Shown here in pieces: positions 39,561-53,629 of a stretch of 64,000 nucleotides of DNA. Under the pieces are notes generated by a model that was not told the DNA's origin, searched no databases, and saw nothing but the letters and a program-made list of their open reading frames with translations. The stretch's first letter is position 1, and each line of letters opens with the position of its first letter. Origin of the DNA: Octopus sinensis (taxonomy: Eukaryota); contig NC_043003.1 of the NCBI RefSeq assembly GCF_006345805.1, forward strand, positions 39,060,001 through 39,124,000. Direction: 5' to 3'. The position numbers and the translations under genes are program-made.

Positions 39561-40411
39561 GAGTGTGCGTGAGTGAATGAGTGCTTGTTTTCCAGTAGAC
39601 AGATAAATGGACTGGCTGTCATAGCCAAGATGTTTGTGACCAAGCGGCCAAAGATAACAAAAGTAATAAACGAAGATAATAATTAAAATTAGGGATCGGT
39701 CTGTATTTATATGTGAATATATATGTGTGTATGTGTAGGTATGCATAGGTACACATATGTATATGTATATATATATATATGTATATTATATATATAATAA
39801 TATATATATGTATGTATATATATATATTATGTGTATATATGTATGTGTGTGTATATTGTGTGTTTGTGTATATATGTGTATATAGGGACTAGTGTGCTGT
39901 GTGTGCATGTGTGTGTGTGGATATGTGTGTGTATGCGTGTATGTGAGTATGGTGTGTGTATTGTATATATATTTTTCTGTGTGTATATGTATGTGTGGTC
40001 GTGTGTGTATATATACATGTGTGTATACGTGTATGCATGTGAGTGTGTGTATACATATATGTGTAGATATGTATATGTATGTGTAAGTGTATATATATGT
40101 ATATATATGTGTGTGTATGTATGTGTGTATGTATATGTATATATGTTTGTATGTGTGTGTATATATGTATACATATGTGCATAGGTATAAGTGAGAATCT
40201 CCTTATTTACCTAAAACTCTATTCCCCTTTTTTTTATATATATATTTATTTATTTTTTTTATTTATTCTTCTTCTTTCTAATTTAACCTGACTCCTTGAC
40301 CACTCCCCCCAGTATGATATTTTGCGCTATGCTGCCCCCCCAAAAAGTCCCCCACCAACACCCCTTTAAACCTGCCTAAATGTATAAATGCCAATACAAT
40401 TCTTGTTAACT

Positions 40412-40461
40412 AGCTTCCTGAAGATTCTCTTGAATGAAACAGTTCTAGTCCTGTAGAAGCT
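40412..40461 (+). ncRNA. Putative minimal type I hammerhead ribozyme (right arm, sense to host pre-mRNA)
   Basis: AGCUUC-CUGAAGA-UUC(UCUU)GAA-U-GAAA-CAG-UUCUAGUC-CUG-UA-GAAGCU. 6 bp stem I, GUA triplet, predicted cut after 40455; one extra U precedes GAAA. Confidence 0.65.
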
Positions 40462-40585
40462 CCTTCTATATAATAAATTTTTACTCTGCTATGTATGAGT
40501 ACCTTATTTACTGTGGTTAACCCCGAATCAACCCGGGACCTACATAATAATAAGATAATAATATATTATATATATATATATACTA

Positions 40586-40625
<40 letters not shown>

Positions 40626-41064
40626 ATATATATGTTATGTGTTGTGTGTGGTGTGGTGGTACCCGACGGATTTCTTTTGTGTGTGTGTGTGTGTTTGTGT
40701 CTTTCTTTGTCCTCCTTACCACTGTTTGACAACCGGCTCTGGTGGGTTTATGTCCTTGTAACTTAACGATTCAGCAATGGGATGGATTCATTAGACTAAA
40801 AAATTCTCCAATGTGTTGCCCCAGCATAGCCGCAGTCTAATGGCTGAAACAAGTAAAAGATAAAAGATAGATCTCTAACTACGGTAACAGGAAAAAAATA
40901 CAGGTTTATTACGTGTAGTAAGTAGCTTGCTTACCAGCCACATGGTTTCTGGTTTAGTCCCACTCCGTGGCACTTTGGGCAAGTGTCTTCTACTATAGAC
41001 TCGGGCCGACCAAAGCCTTGTGAGTGGATTTGGTAGACGGAAACTGAAAGAAGCCTGTCATATA

Positions 41065-41103
<39 letters not shown>

Positions 41104-42331
41104 GTACCTGTGTGTATATGTTTGTGTGTCTGTGTTTGTCTCCCCACATCGCTTGACAACCGATGCTGGTGTGTTTACGTCCCCGTAACTTAGCGGTTCG
41201 GCAAAAGTGACCGATAGAATAAGTACTAGGCTTACAAAGAATAAGTCCTAGGATCGATTTGCTCGACGAAAGGTGGTGCTCCATCATAGCCGCATTCAAA
41301 TGACTGAAACAAGTAAAAGAGTGAAAACTGTAATACTTTACCTTTCGTGCCATAGTAAACCCAGAGATGAAAGAAAAACCCATTAAAGTCTATGTATTTC
41401 CTCCCATCGGTACCCTTGCCCCATACCTTGCATTGCTTAATAGATAAGTCAGGCCTGAAATTAATGTGGGGGGGGGGTGAGGGGGATTTGGTTTTTGTGT
41501 CTAGCAAATCTAGTGACAGCATATAGATCTCCTCCCCGACTCGTGGATTCTTATTGCAGTGCTGTAATATAGAAATGCTGTTGATCAGGGTCTGTGGTAT
41601 AGACATAAACTTATTCTGTGACATCTTACATTCTGAACAACCCCTGATATGTTCTCAGCAGAACCAAAAGCAGCTGTGCAATATGATGTGAAGGTCCTAT
41701 TGCTACATTTAACAACAGGCGTTTCTCAGTCTTTACCTCGCAACACCAATGTGTTCCAAGATAATGGAGCAAGCGTTAATGTGACTTATGCCATTGCCGA
41801 CAACTTTTCTTGATCATTCGGTCTGATAGATATGGCAGCCTCATATTACAACACTCAGCGGTCTTACATATATCCGGAAACTCAAGATTTAACAAAATAT
41901 ATATACTGGGGTCGATTCATTCGACTAAAAGGCGGTGCCCCAGCATGGCCATAGTCTAAGGTAAAAGATATGTAGAAAAAGGAACAAAGAAGAAAACGAG
42001 CTTACAAACTCTTTTAGATAGAGCATAAATAAAAAAAAATGCATCATCGTATTTACGTAATATAGTGTGGGATGGAAATATAGCCGGAAAGTGTGGGACG
42101 AAAAGTGCAGTTGTCTATTACGGGGGTAGAGGAGGCAGAAGTTACAATGACTAAAAGCAGACACGCAAAACAGCTGGTGGAAAAGCATAGAAAAATAAAT
42201 GGTAAACAATCAAGAAGTGTGTACAATATATATATATATATATTAATTATTCCATTATATATATATTACTCTTTTTTTTTACTCTTTTTAATGATTTCAG
42301 TCATTTGACTGTGGCCATGCTGGAGCACCGC

Positions 42332-42414
<83 letters not shown>

Positions 42415-42543
42415 TCATATATATATATATATACACTCATACATATATATATATACACATTCATATATATTAAATGTAACGTTAACGACTATAATTTTCC
42501 ATACATACATACATTCACACACACACACACACGCACACACACA

Positions 42544-42587
<44 letters not shown>

Positions 42588-42895
42588 GCATATACATGCA
42601 CGTATTCACTTCGGGCTTACTCAGTGCACAAGCAAACGACTATATGTTGTTATGTAAATGCGTAGGGGAAAATTATCCCTGGTATGTATGATAAACACTG
42701 AAGGATGAAAGCTTCCCATACAACAAGGAATCTCCTACGTTAGTAATTTTGAAGGCTTCCTTATCACTTTTCTTTTATTTTGATATGTTTCGCCATTTAT
42801 CCCGTAGGGATTATACAAAAATATACATTAAATAATCTCATTGCCAAATACTACCTTTAAGATAGCGTGCTAGCACCTCTATATATGTATGTATG

Positions 42896-42926
<31 letters not shown>

Positions 42927-44683
42927 GTCCTAGTTATGTAAACAAGCTCTGCTGATAAAGTATAAAAGGAAAAGAAAAATACAACGTTAGTAAACGTCAA
43001 CTTCTGCTTTTAATTTTCCCCATTTCGTTCGTGTTTGGAACGTGATTTCCTTCTCACCCTCACCACCACAACCAGAACAGCCAAACTATTATCCTTTACC
43101 AAAGAATGTCATGACCTGAAATGCAGGCAGGTCACAACTAGGTGTCGCTTCATGTTCTAATTCAATCTCACTTGCATTTATTTCTTCTGCTATTTTCTTA
43201 GTTTCATTATTTTTTTCTTTCTTTCTTTCTCTCCCTTTTTTCTACTTTTTCTCGCGTTCTCTTTATTTTATTTTCGTTCTGTATTCGTTTCAGTATAGTT
43301 TTATTTTTTTATTTATTTAGTCTTTCATCTTTTTTTTTCTTGTCTTTCATTCTCTTTTATTTATTTCGTTAGCTTGTTGAGGATCTTTATCGTTTGGCGC
43401 ACAGTGACTGATATTATTGAAAATCTCTATACCAGATGTAGTTTTGCATGCCAATTACAAAAATCACAACCATATTTTCGAGAAATTAATAATGAAAAAT
43501 TTAACGAACCTTTAAAGATTGAAACTTTGTAATTTTAGTCAATGAGATTAATCTATTCTGATAACACTATTGCAATGTAATGGAAAGTGCCTTGACCATT
43601 TTTTCCCAATTTCGAAATGCGTCTGCGACAAAAGCAACAACATTTTTTGAGAAATTAATATAAAACATATAAAACCGTTATAATTGACAATATTTAATGA
43701 AAGACTAGGCGGAGGGCTGGCAGAATCGTTACCGCGCCGGGAAAATGCTTAGGGGCATTTCTTCCGACTTTACGTTCAAATGGCATCGGGGTCGACTTTG
43801 CCTCTCATCCTTGCGGGGTCGATAAAATAAGTACAGTTGAACACTAGGGTCGATTTAATCAACTGACCCGCTCCAGTGAAATTGATGGTCTTGTGCTAAA
43901 ATTTGAAACCATTATTTAATGAATAACAATAAAAGAAAAACAACAATACTACGAAATTTTGTGATGCGCTGTACTAGCTCTAAACCCTAAACTCTAACGC
44001 TAACCTTAAAACTAACTCTAATCCTAAATGTAACACTAAACCCTAAATTTAGCCCCTTGCTGGTATCTATTTGTAAATATAGGAACATATGTAAATAAAA
44101 AAAAATGTGTATTCCTGTAATGAATATGATTTGCTAAATAACAAAAAAATTATCCTTAATGGTTCAGAACTTCGTAATTTTTTATAATTAAATTTTCAAA
44201 ATAAAAAAAAAAATACATATTTGTAATTTTCATTCCTGGCATGTAAAGTTCCATTAGTGTCATTGCTGTTTTCCTTTAATTGACTACTGCCGCTTTCTTT
44301 CTTTTACATTGCCGACAAACTTTAGTGTACCATGACACAATATAAAATATTACTATTATTATTATCATTATTATTAAAGACCCCCTTCGGTCATGAATGA
44401 CCATGGGATTGCACCTAGAAAGTTACCCTCCTAGACACAAGTCCGGGCAAGGTTGTTTATAGAAGACCAGCAGTCGCCCATGCATACCAGCCTCCCCTCC
44501 CCACGCCACCAGTGTTATCCAAGGGAAAGACAAAGGTCGATACAGCTTGGCACCAGTGACGTGGCAACTCATTTCTACAGCTGAGTGAACTGGAGCAACG
44601 TGAAATAAAGTGCTTTGCTCAAGAACACTATTATGATTATTATTATTATTATTATCATTATTATTATTATTATCATTATCATT

Positions 44684-44734
<51 letters not shown>

Positions 44735-44759
44735 TTGCCAGGAGGATGGCAAATGAACC

Positions 44760-44795
<36 letters not shown>

Positions 44796-44796
<1 letters not shown>

Positions 44797-45431
44797 AGGC
44801 GGCGAACTGGCAGGATCGTTAGCACGCCGGGCGAAATGCTTGGCAGTATTTCGTCTGTCATCACGTTCTGAGTTCAAATGCCGTCGGGGTCGACTTTGCC
44901 TTTCATCCTTTCGGAGGTCGATAAATAAAGTACCAGTTACACACTGGGATCGATGTAATCGACTAGTCCCCTCCCCGAAAATATTAGGCCTTGTGCCTAT
45001 AGTAGAAAGAGTTATCAGTAGTGGTAGTAAGGCGGCGAGCTGGCAAAATTATTAGCACGCCGGGCGAAATGCTTAGCAGTATTTCGTCTGCTGTTACGTT
45101 CTGAGTGCAAATTCTGCCGAGGTTGACTTTGCCTTTCATCCTTTCGGGGTCAATTAAATAAGTACCAGTTACGCACTGGGGGTCGATATAATCGACTTAA
45201 TCCGTTTGTTTGTCCTTATTTGTCCCCTCTGTGTTTAGCCCCTTGTGGGTAGTAAAGAAATAGGTATTTTGTCTGTCGTTACCTTCTGATTTCAAATTCC
45301 GTCGATGTCGACTTTTTCTTTCATCCTTTCGGGGTCGATAAATTATGTACCAGCTGCGTACTGGGGTTAATGGAATCGACTTAATCCCTTCCCCCAAATT
45401 TGAAGCCTTTTGCTTCCAGCAGAAAGGATTA

Positions 45432-45476
<45 letters not shown>

Positions 45477-46165
45477 GCTCACAAAGGTGGCAAACTTGCA
45501 GAATCGTTACAGCACCGGGTAAAAAATGCGTAGCGGTATTTCGTCCATCTTTACGTTCTGAGTTCAAATTCCGCCGGGATCGACTTTGCCTTGCGTCTTT
45601 TCGGGGTCGATAAAATAAGTACTAGTGAAACACTGGAGTCGATTTAATCGACTATCTCGCTTACCTAAAATTTCAGGCCTTGTGCCTTAGGTAGAAAAGA
45701 TTATTATTATTATCATTATTAGCTCTAAATGCGGCAAGCTAGCAAAATCCTTAGCACTCCGGGTTAAATGCCTAGCGGCATTTCGTCTGTCCTCACGTTC
45801 TGAGTTCAAATTCCGTCGAGGTCGATTTATCTTTTTCGAGATCGGTAAAATAAGTACTAGTTACACACCGGAGTCGATGTAATTGACTATCCACTCCCCA
45901 AAATTTCAGGCCTTGTGCCTAGAGTAGAAAAGGTTATTATTAGCGTATGAAGGCGGCAAACTGACAGAATTCTGAGTATCCCGGACAAAATGCTTACCGG
46001 CATTTCATCCGTATTTACTTTCTGAGTTCAAATTCTGTTGTGGCTGACTTTTATCCTTTCATCCTTTCGGTGTCGATAGAGTAAGTACCAGTCGAGCATA
46101 GAGGTTGATGGAATCAACTAGCAGCCCCCGTGCATCAAAAAATAAAATTCTAGGATTATGATCCT
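44796..46165 (+). mobile_element. Head-to-tail cluster of six family B SINE copies
   Basis: Units start near 44796, 45029, 45266 (5'-truncated), 45480, 45725 and 45950; several are separated by (TAG)n/(TAT)n tails. Confidence 0.88.
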
Positions 46166-46184
46166 TTCTACTATAGGCAATAAT

Positions 46185-46460
46185 TATTGGCACTCCCTCG
46201 GTTACCACGGCGAGAGTTCCAGTTGATCCGATCAACAGAACAGCCAGCTCATGAAATTAACGTACAAGTGGGTGAGCACTCCACAGACACGCGTACTCTT
46301 GAAGTAGTTCTGAGAGAGATTCAGCGTGAAACAGGATACGACAAGGCTGGCTCTTTGAAATACAAGTACTACTCATTTTTGCCAGCTGAGTGGACGGGAG
46401 CAAAGTGAAATAAAGTGTTTTGCTCAAGGACACAACGCGTCGCCGAGAATCGAACTCATC
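46185..46460 (-). mobile_element. SINE sharing the family D 3' tail but with a different core
   Basis: Its 3' tail matches 4900-5010 in reverse complement; its 5' part matches the 1590-type core (GAGCAAAACACTTTATTTCAC...CACTCAGCTG). Confidence 0.7.
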
Positions 46461-48078
46461 CAATTTTTTTCATTTTCTAAGACGACTGAGCATGATTTAA
46501 TTGAGGTTTGACATGCTATTTCTAGAAGGTCAATCGGTCACATAAGAAGAACGCACGTTGGCTCCTTCAGTTTCAAGCTGTTCACTACGCTGTTAACCTC
46601 TCACTAATTTTTTCGTCTAGTCATATCTTTTTCTTTCTTCGCAGCTTTCTTATCATTTCTTTGATGACGTGTTCTTAGTATCTTACAAGAAGCGACTATT
46701 TTCAGAATCTCCTTTTTTGTTTTTTGTCTCCCACGCTCTCTTTCTCGCCGATCTCATATTTTGTTTTTTGTATTTTTATCTTTTACTTGCTTCAGTCTTT
46801 GAACTGCGGCCATGCTGAGACTCCGCCTTGCAGGATTTAGTCGAACAAATCAACTCCAGTACTTATTTTTAAAAAACTGGCACTTATCCTATCGGTCTCT
46901 ATCGAGCCGCTAATTTATGTGGACGGAAACAAGCCAACTCCGGTTGTCAAGCTGTGTTGGGGGACATACACACATACACATTCTTTTATTCTTTTATTTG
47001 GTTCAGTAATTTGACTGCAGCCATACTGGAGTACCGCCTTCAAGGGTTTCCTTCTCGACCCCAGGTCTTATTTCTTAAGCCTAGTACTTATTCTATCGGT
47101 CTGCTTTGCCGAACCGCTAAGTTACGGGGACGTAAACACACCAACACTGGCTATCAAGCAGTGATCAGGAGACAAACAAACACACACAGAGTTTTCGTCG
47201 ACCAAATCCACATGGCTTTGGTCGGTCCGAGGCTATAGGAGAAGACACTTGCGCAAGATGCTACATAGCGGGACTGAACCCAAGACTTCATGGTTGAGAA
47301 GTGAACTTCTTAATCACATAGCCACGCCTATTTGCTCTTTGATCATCTTATTTCACGAAGTTGTTTAAATCTGTTGGATCAAAGCGTTCCAGCTGTGACC
47401 ATCCATTTTATATTTGTAACTAAATGAGGTTTAACGTGTACGTTTTTAATGTACAATTTAAAGGATATTTGGCTACTTTTTCTGGCAGATTGAACAACCA
47501 CGTAGATATTCTCCTTGATTCTGTACATGCATAGCGGTTTTTTAACCCTAAGTCGTTCAGGATTGTGTAAAACCTATCGTCTCTTTCTTCTCTCGTTTCC
47601 CACTATCTTCCCCCCCCACACACACACACACCTATCTCTCTCGCCAATGCTCACGAATTTATCAACTTTACGAAGTTTATACATTCATCACTTTATCTCT
47701 GCAGAAATTCTTTAGTGTAATTTAATCTCAACTGTTTCTTCTCTTTTTAATTTGATTCTTTTTTACTTCTTTAATGCCTTCTTTAAAACAGGATGTAGAC
47801 TTTAAGAACTTTCTCTTCTCTCGATTGCTAAACTTCTAAAGCTTTATGAAGAAAAAGAAAAAAAAGAAAGAAAACATGCTTTCATGTAGAAGTGTCTCGC
47901 TTCATATAATGCTTAATGTTCGGTCATTCTTTTCTCTCTTTAGTCCAATGTTTTTTCGACGAGAAACAATACGAATGGCTTAGCTTGCCAGTATGTTCTC
48001 TCACAAATATACCGGAATGTGTGTTTGTATATGTGTGTGCGTATGTTTGCATGTATATGTATGTGCATCTGTATACTA

Positions 48079-49840
<1,762 letters not shown>

Positions 49841-50481
49841 GTCAAATTGAATAAATCCATGCATGTGTGTGTATCAACACTTGTATGCTTGTGGGGGAGA
49901 GATTGGTGAATTGTTCCATGATGTGGTTCTGTGGTGTCTACATGCGGCTAGGTAGGCTGTGTTGTTGAGTATTATGTATCTTGGCCACACCACAGTGAAC
50001 AAGATCTCACTATGCAGAAAGATAATTATGTTGTTGATTACTAACCGTGTTTGTCATGCACATAGTGCAGTATACTATATGCCACTATGGTACCTGCTTA
50101 TAACTAATTTAGCTAGATTGGACTGTTGATGGTTAAGTTTGATAAATGTCTTGATCACAGACATTGTTTAGTGAGCTACAATACGCTTTTGTACCTAGGA
50201 TAAATGGATTATAGACAGTTAAGTATCTTGATCATGGACTCAGCGCAATGCTGGTGGTTGGACACAAAACGTCTCCTCTGAGATGGTTATCCAGTACTCA
50301 TCTACTCTCAACTGCATCAATATAAGAAAAAAGATTATTTTTACGCACATATGAGTATAAGTCACGAACGTCACATCAACTTCCTCCTCGCTTCATTGAA
50401 AAATAGTCTGAGGAATTCATAATAATTTTTCAGTTGCTTTATTCTATTTTCCTTCTTTCTTTTTCCCTTATCCGTATTCAG

Positions 50482-50622
50482 ATGTCTGCTATGAAAGAAC
50501 CCCTGCCACCACAGATCCATTTGCTGACCCTTGAGGAATACGACCAGAACAATATTCTCATTCGTCTAGAACACATTTATGAAAAGCACGAAGTGAACAG
50601 AGAGGTTACCGTCAATATACAG
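50482..50622 (+). CDS. MAN2B1: alpha-mannosidase exon 16 (after an 18.8 kb intron)
   Basis: tattcag / GTAGGT; 141 nt; MSAMKEPLPPQIHLLTLEEYDQNNILIRLEHIYEKHEVNREVTVNIQ (LP..HLLTL...L.RLEH motif). Confidence 0.94.
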
Positions 50623-51163
50623 GTAGGTTGTATCTCAGTTAACTAACAAACAGTAGCAGGGTTCAAACCTCTCTATTCCTCTATTTCTAATTCTTGTTTT
50701 TATTTCAGATTTACTTGGTCATATGTTATGTTATATATGATTTCCTCTATTTTGACGAACCCTCCTATGATGGTAGCTTAATTCTAAACTCCAACAATTT
50801 ACATCGTTAATCCTTCAGGTCAACTGTGACTCTGCAATCCAACAAGATTCTAATAGTGACCGTCACAAATTTTATCCAAATATATTGATTGCTATCAAAA
50901 GACATTATTATCCAATGTATAGTTTCTTTTTTGCGTTGGTAAAATTTCATTTAAGAGGTAACTGCGGTAGAGAAGCCTTTGTTGGTTAAGAATTTGTGAG
51001 AATTGTTAGAAATCTGAATATTGATTGTAAGCATTATCGTTCTATCTTTACAGCAATGAACACTAATAAAATCACAATAAAAAAGGGGGAAAATAATCAC
51101 AATTTGATCTAGAAAGAAACACTTCAGGAATATGTCATATATAACACACACACACACACACAT

Positions 51164-51195
<32 letters not shown>

Positions 51196-51298
51196 TAATA
51201 GTAATGGCAAGACAACAAAAAAATGAAAGAGACCTCGATATTATGTAATTAGAGGAATTTATTTGTAATATAATATGTGACAATTATTCGGTTGCCAT

Positions 51299-51359
51299 GA
51301 TAAAACTCCGAGTTTCGGATGTCGGGGCAGAAACCTGCACCAGCATCTCTTCAGTCATC
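51299..51359 (-). ncRNA. Putative type I hammerhead ribozyme in a TA-flanked repeat (~51195-51490)
   Basis: Minus strand: GAUGA-CUGAAGA-GAUG CUGG U GCAG GUUU CUGC C CCGA CAUC-C-GAA-ACUCGGAGU-U-UUAUC. Extended stem II, GUU triplet, 5 bp stem I. Confidence 0.62.
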
Positions 51360-51483
51360 CAGGCAATTAAAATCATATATATTGGTCAACTTTAATAAAA
51401 TTTAATATGTACTAAATGCATGAAGTGTCAAAAGCCCTCCACAGGAGCTAGCTTAAAAGCCGCCCTATTGGGTGGCTTTTAAG

Positions 51484-51517
<34 letters not shown>

Positions 51518-51800
51518 AGAGAGAGAGAGACAAGGACGTAAATTCGTAGACAGAACTTACAAACCCCGTTTGAGCGTATAAAGCCGTAGTGAAAAAAAAC
51601 TTGAGCTGCTTTAGGATAGCTTTTTCTAACGCATGAGCGCTCAGTGGCATGGTTGAAATCTCATTGGTTAGTAATAAAGGTTTATCGGCTGTATGTGGCC
51701 CATAACGGTTATGCGTACGCATGCACGACAGTATGCACAACGTTTTTCGATAGAAAGGAGAAATCTAAATAGTGTATTTAAATAGACGGAGTGCGAAAAA

Positions 51801-52195
51801 TCTTTATATATAAAAGAGAGGTTGTGTGCTGTCTGTCTCCTACGATTTAGATTCCTAACTACTCCCACATTTTGCGGTGCAGTTTAACCAAAACCGGGTA
51901 TCTTATAGTCGTGATTCATATCGAGCCCTTCTGGGTATTAGCGCGCGTCTACGATGAGTCTACGATTTTTAAAAAATTACCATAAATTTTTCCCATTTTT
52001 AATGCATTTTTTGGCATATATAAGGGAAGTAACTCTCTAAAAATTTATTATTAAATCTCAGAACGTAAAAAAGCTACAGTAACACCCCCCCTCTGTGGTT
52101 AGCCATATTGAGATGGCTATTATACTTTACATCTCTAAAAATGCTTATATAGTTATTTCCCTTACAAACCCGAGCAACGCCGGCGATACTGCTAG
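51801..52195 (+). mobile_element. Non-autonomous Helitron
   Basis: 5' TC, 3' hairpin CCCGAGCAACGCCGG and CTAG end; inserted between A(51800) and T(52196). Confidence 0.85.
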
Positions 52196-52492
52196 TTTAA
52201 AATAAATGATGTTGTAGGGAGAATATATAAATACCGCAAAGACAAAGATATTTACGCACGACAAAACTGAAATATACAAGTCAGTTTTCAGGAAGATGTG
52301 GCAAAATTGAATTTAAACATACTGGGTGAACAAAAATTAAAAATAACTACATTATTTTTTCAGGGAGAAGATACAAAAACCGGGATTTTTACGCACGACT
52401 AATTGAAATACACGGAATTCAATTCGTAGACAAAAGTTAGTGTGTGAGTGAGTGAGTTAGAGAGAGAGATGGGGGGGGGAAAGAAACAGACA

Positions 52493-52889
52493 TCTTTATA
52501 TATAAAATTGAAGTTGTGTGTCTGTCTCCTACGATTTAGATTCCTAACTACTCCCACATTTTGCGGTGCAGTTTAACCAAAACCGAGTATCTTATAGTCG
52601 TGATTCATATCGAGCCCATCTGGGTATTAGCGCGCGTCTACGATGAGTCTACGATTTAAAAAAAATTACCATAATTCTTTTCCATTTTAATGCATTTTTT
52701 TTGCTATTATATAAGGGAAGTAACTCTCTAAAAATGTCTACGATGAGTCAACGATTTAAAAAAATATTTACCATAATTTTTTCCTCATTTTTAATGCATT
52801 TGTTTGCTATTTTTTGGCTATAACTCTCTAAAAATGCTTATATAGTTATTTCCCTTACAAACCCGAGCAACGCCGGGCGATACTGCTAG
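52493..52889 (+). mobile_element. Non-autonomous Helitron, sister copy
   Basis: 5' TC, CCCGAGCAACGCCGGG hairpin, CTAG end, A|T site. The first ~230 bp are nearly identical to 51801; the middle differs. Confidence 0.85.
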
Positions 52890-52989
52890 TAGACTATAAG
52901 ACAGGAACTATTACAGAGGGTGAGAAAGAATATGTGTAAGCAAGAGAAACAGAATGAGAGAAAAAGAGAGAGAGGTGAGAAATAAACAG

Positions 52990-53026
<37 letters not shown>

Positions 53027-53278
53027 GAAGAATCGGTTGAAGACTGCAGAAGTTTTTAGAGAAAAACCATTGTAAAAGACCATTTTTCCCGGTTACTCGC
53101 TTTACGCGGTAGCTCTGGGCAAAATATTATAGTGTATTACCATAAGTAATGTGTGTGTAAAGTTTGGTGAAAATCGTGTTGAAAACTGTAGAAATGCATA
53201 CGTACTACACACACACATACACGCATCCTTTGTTATATATATATAATAATATAATTATATTATATATATATATGTATC

Positions 53279-53314
<36 letters not shown>

Positions 53315-53345
53315 CACACACATACACTCACACACTCATATATAT

Positions 53346-53387
<42 letters not shown>

Positions 53388-53558
53388 TATATATATATAT
53401 GAAAGAGTGCTGAAAAGTTTCTGGCTTTGGGTAAAAGAAAATACATGAGGATCAATCATTATGATTTTACTCAACAGATTCCCTTTCAGATTCACGCCTA
53501 AGAAATAAATAAAATTTATTCAACTCTAAAGTAGAATGTTTTGTCTGTGGACTAGATA

Positions 53559-53626
<68 letters not shown>

Positions 53627-53629
<3 letters not shown>

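Larger units (their letters stand above)
35491..40479. mobile_element. Penelope-like element 3' end (+, ~36797-40480) preceded by an inverted, internally deleted copy (35491-36798)
   Basis: The + strand encodes FKTRWYAHTHSFRRQDKSNQTNLAAHIWYLKRNSIPFKTKWKLLQKARSY...CDLCISE...LLNKISEH...CMH (PLE GIY-YIG C-terminus). 36604-36798 is the reverse complement of 36860-37054, and 35491-36605 is the reverse complement of 39654-40479. Confidence 0.88.

Noticed and set aside
41560-41880. Possible CR1/L2 RT remnant (FRIYVRP on the minus strand)
   Set aside because: A single short motif; too decayed to support without a profile search.
42780-42830. Minus-strand hairpin followed by CGAAACAUAUC, hammerhead-like
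   Set aside because: No recognisable CUGANGA box.
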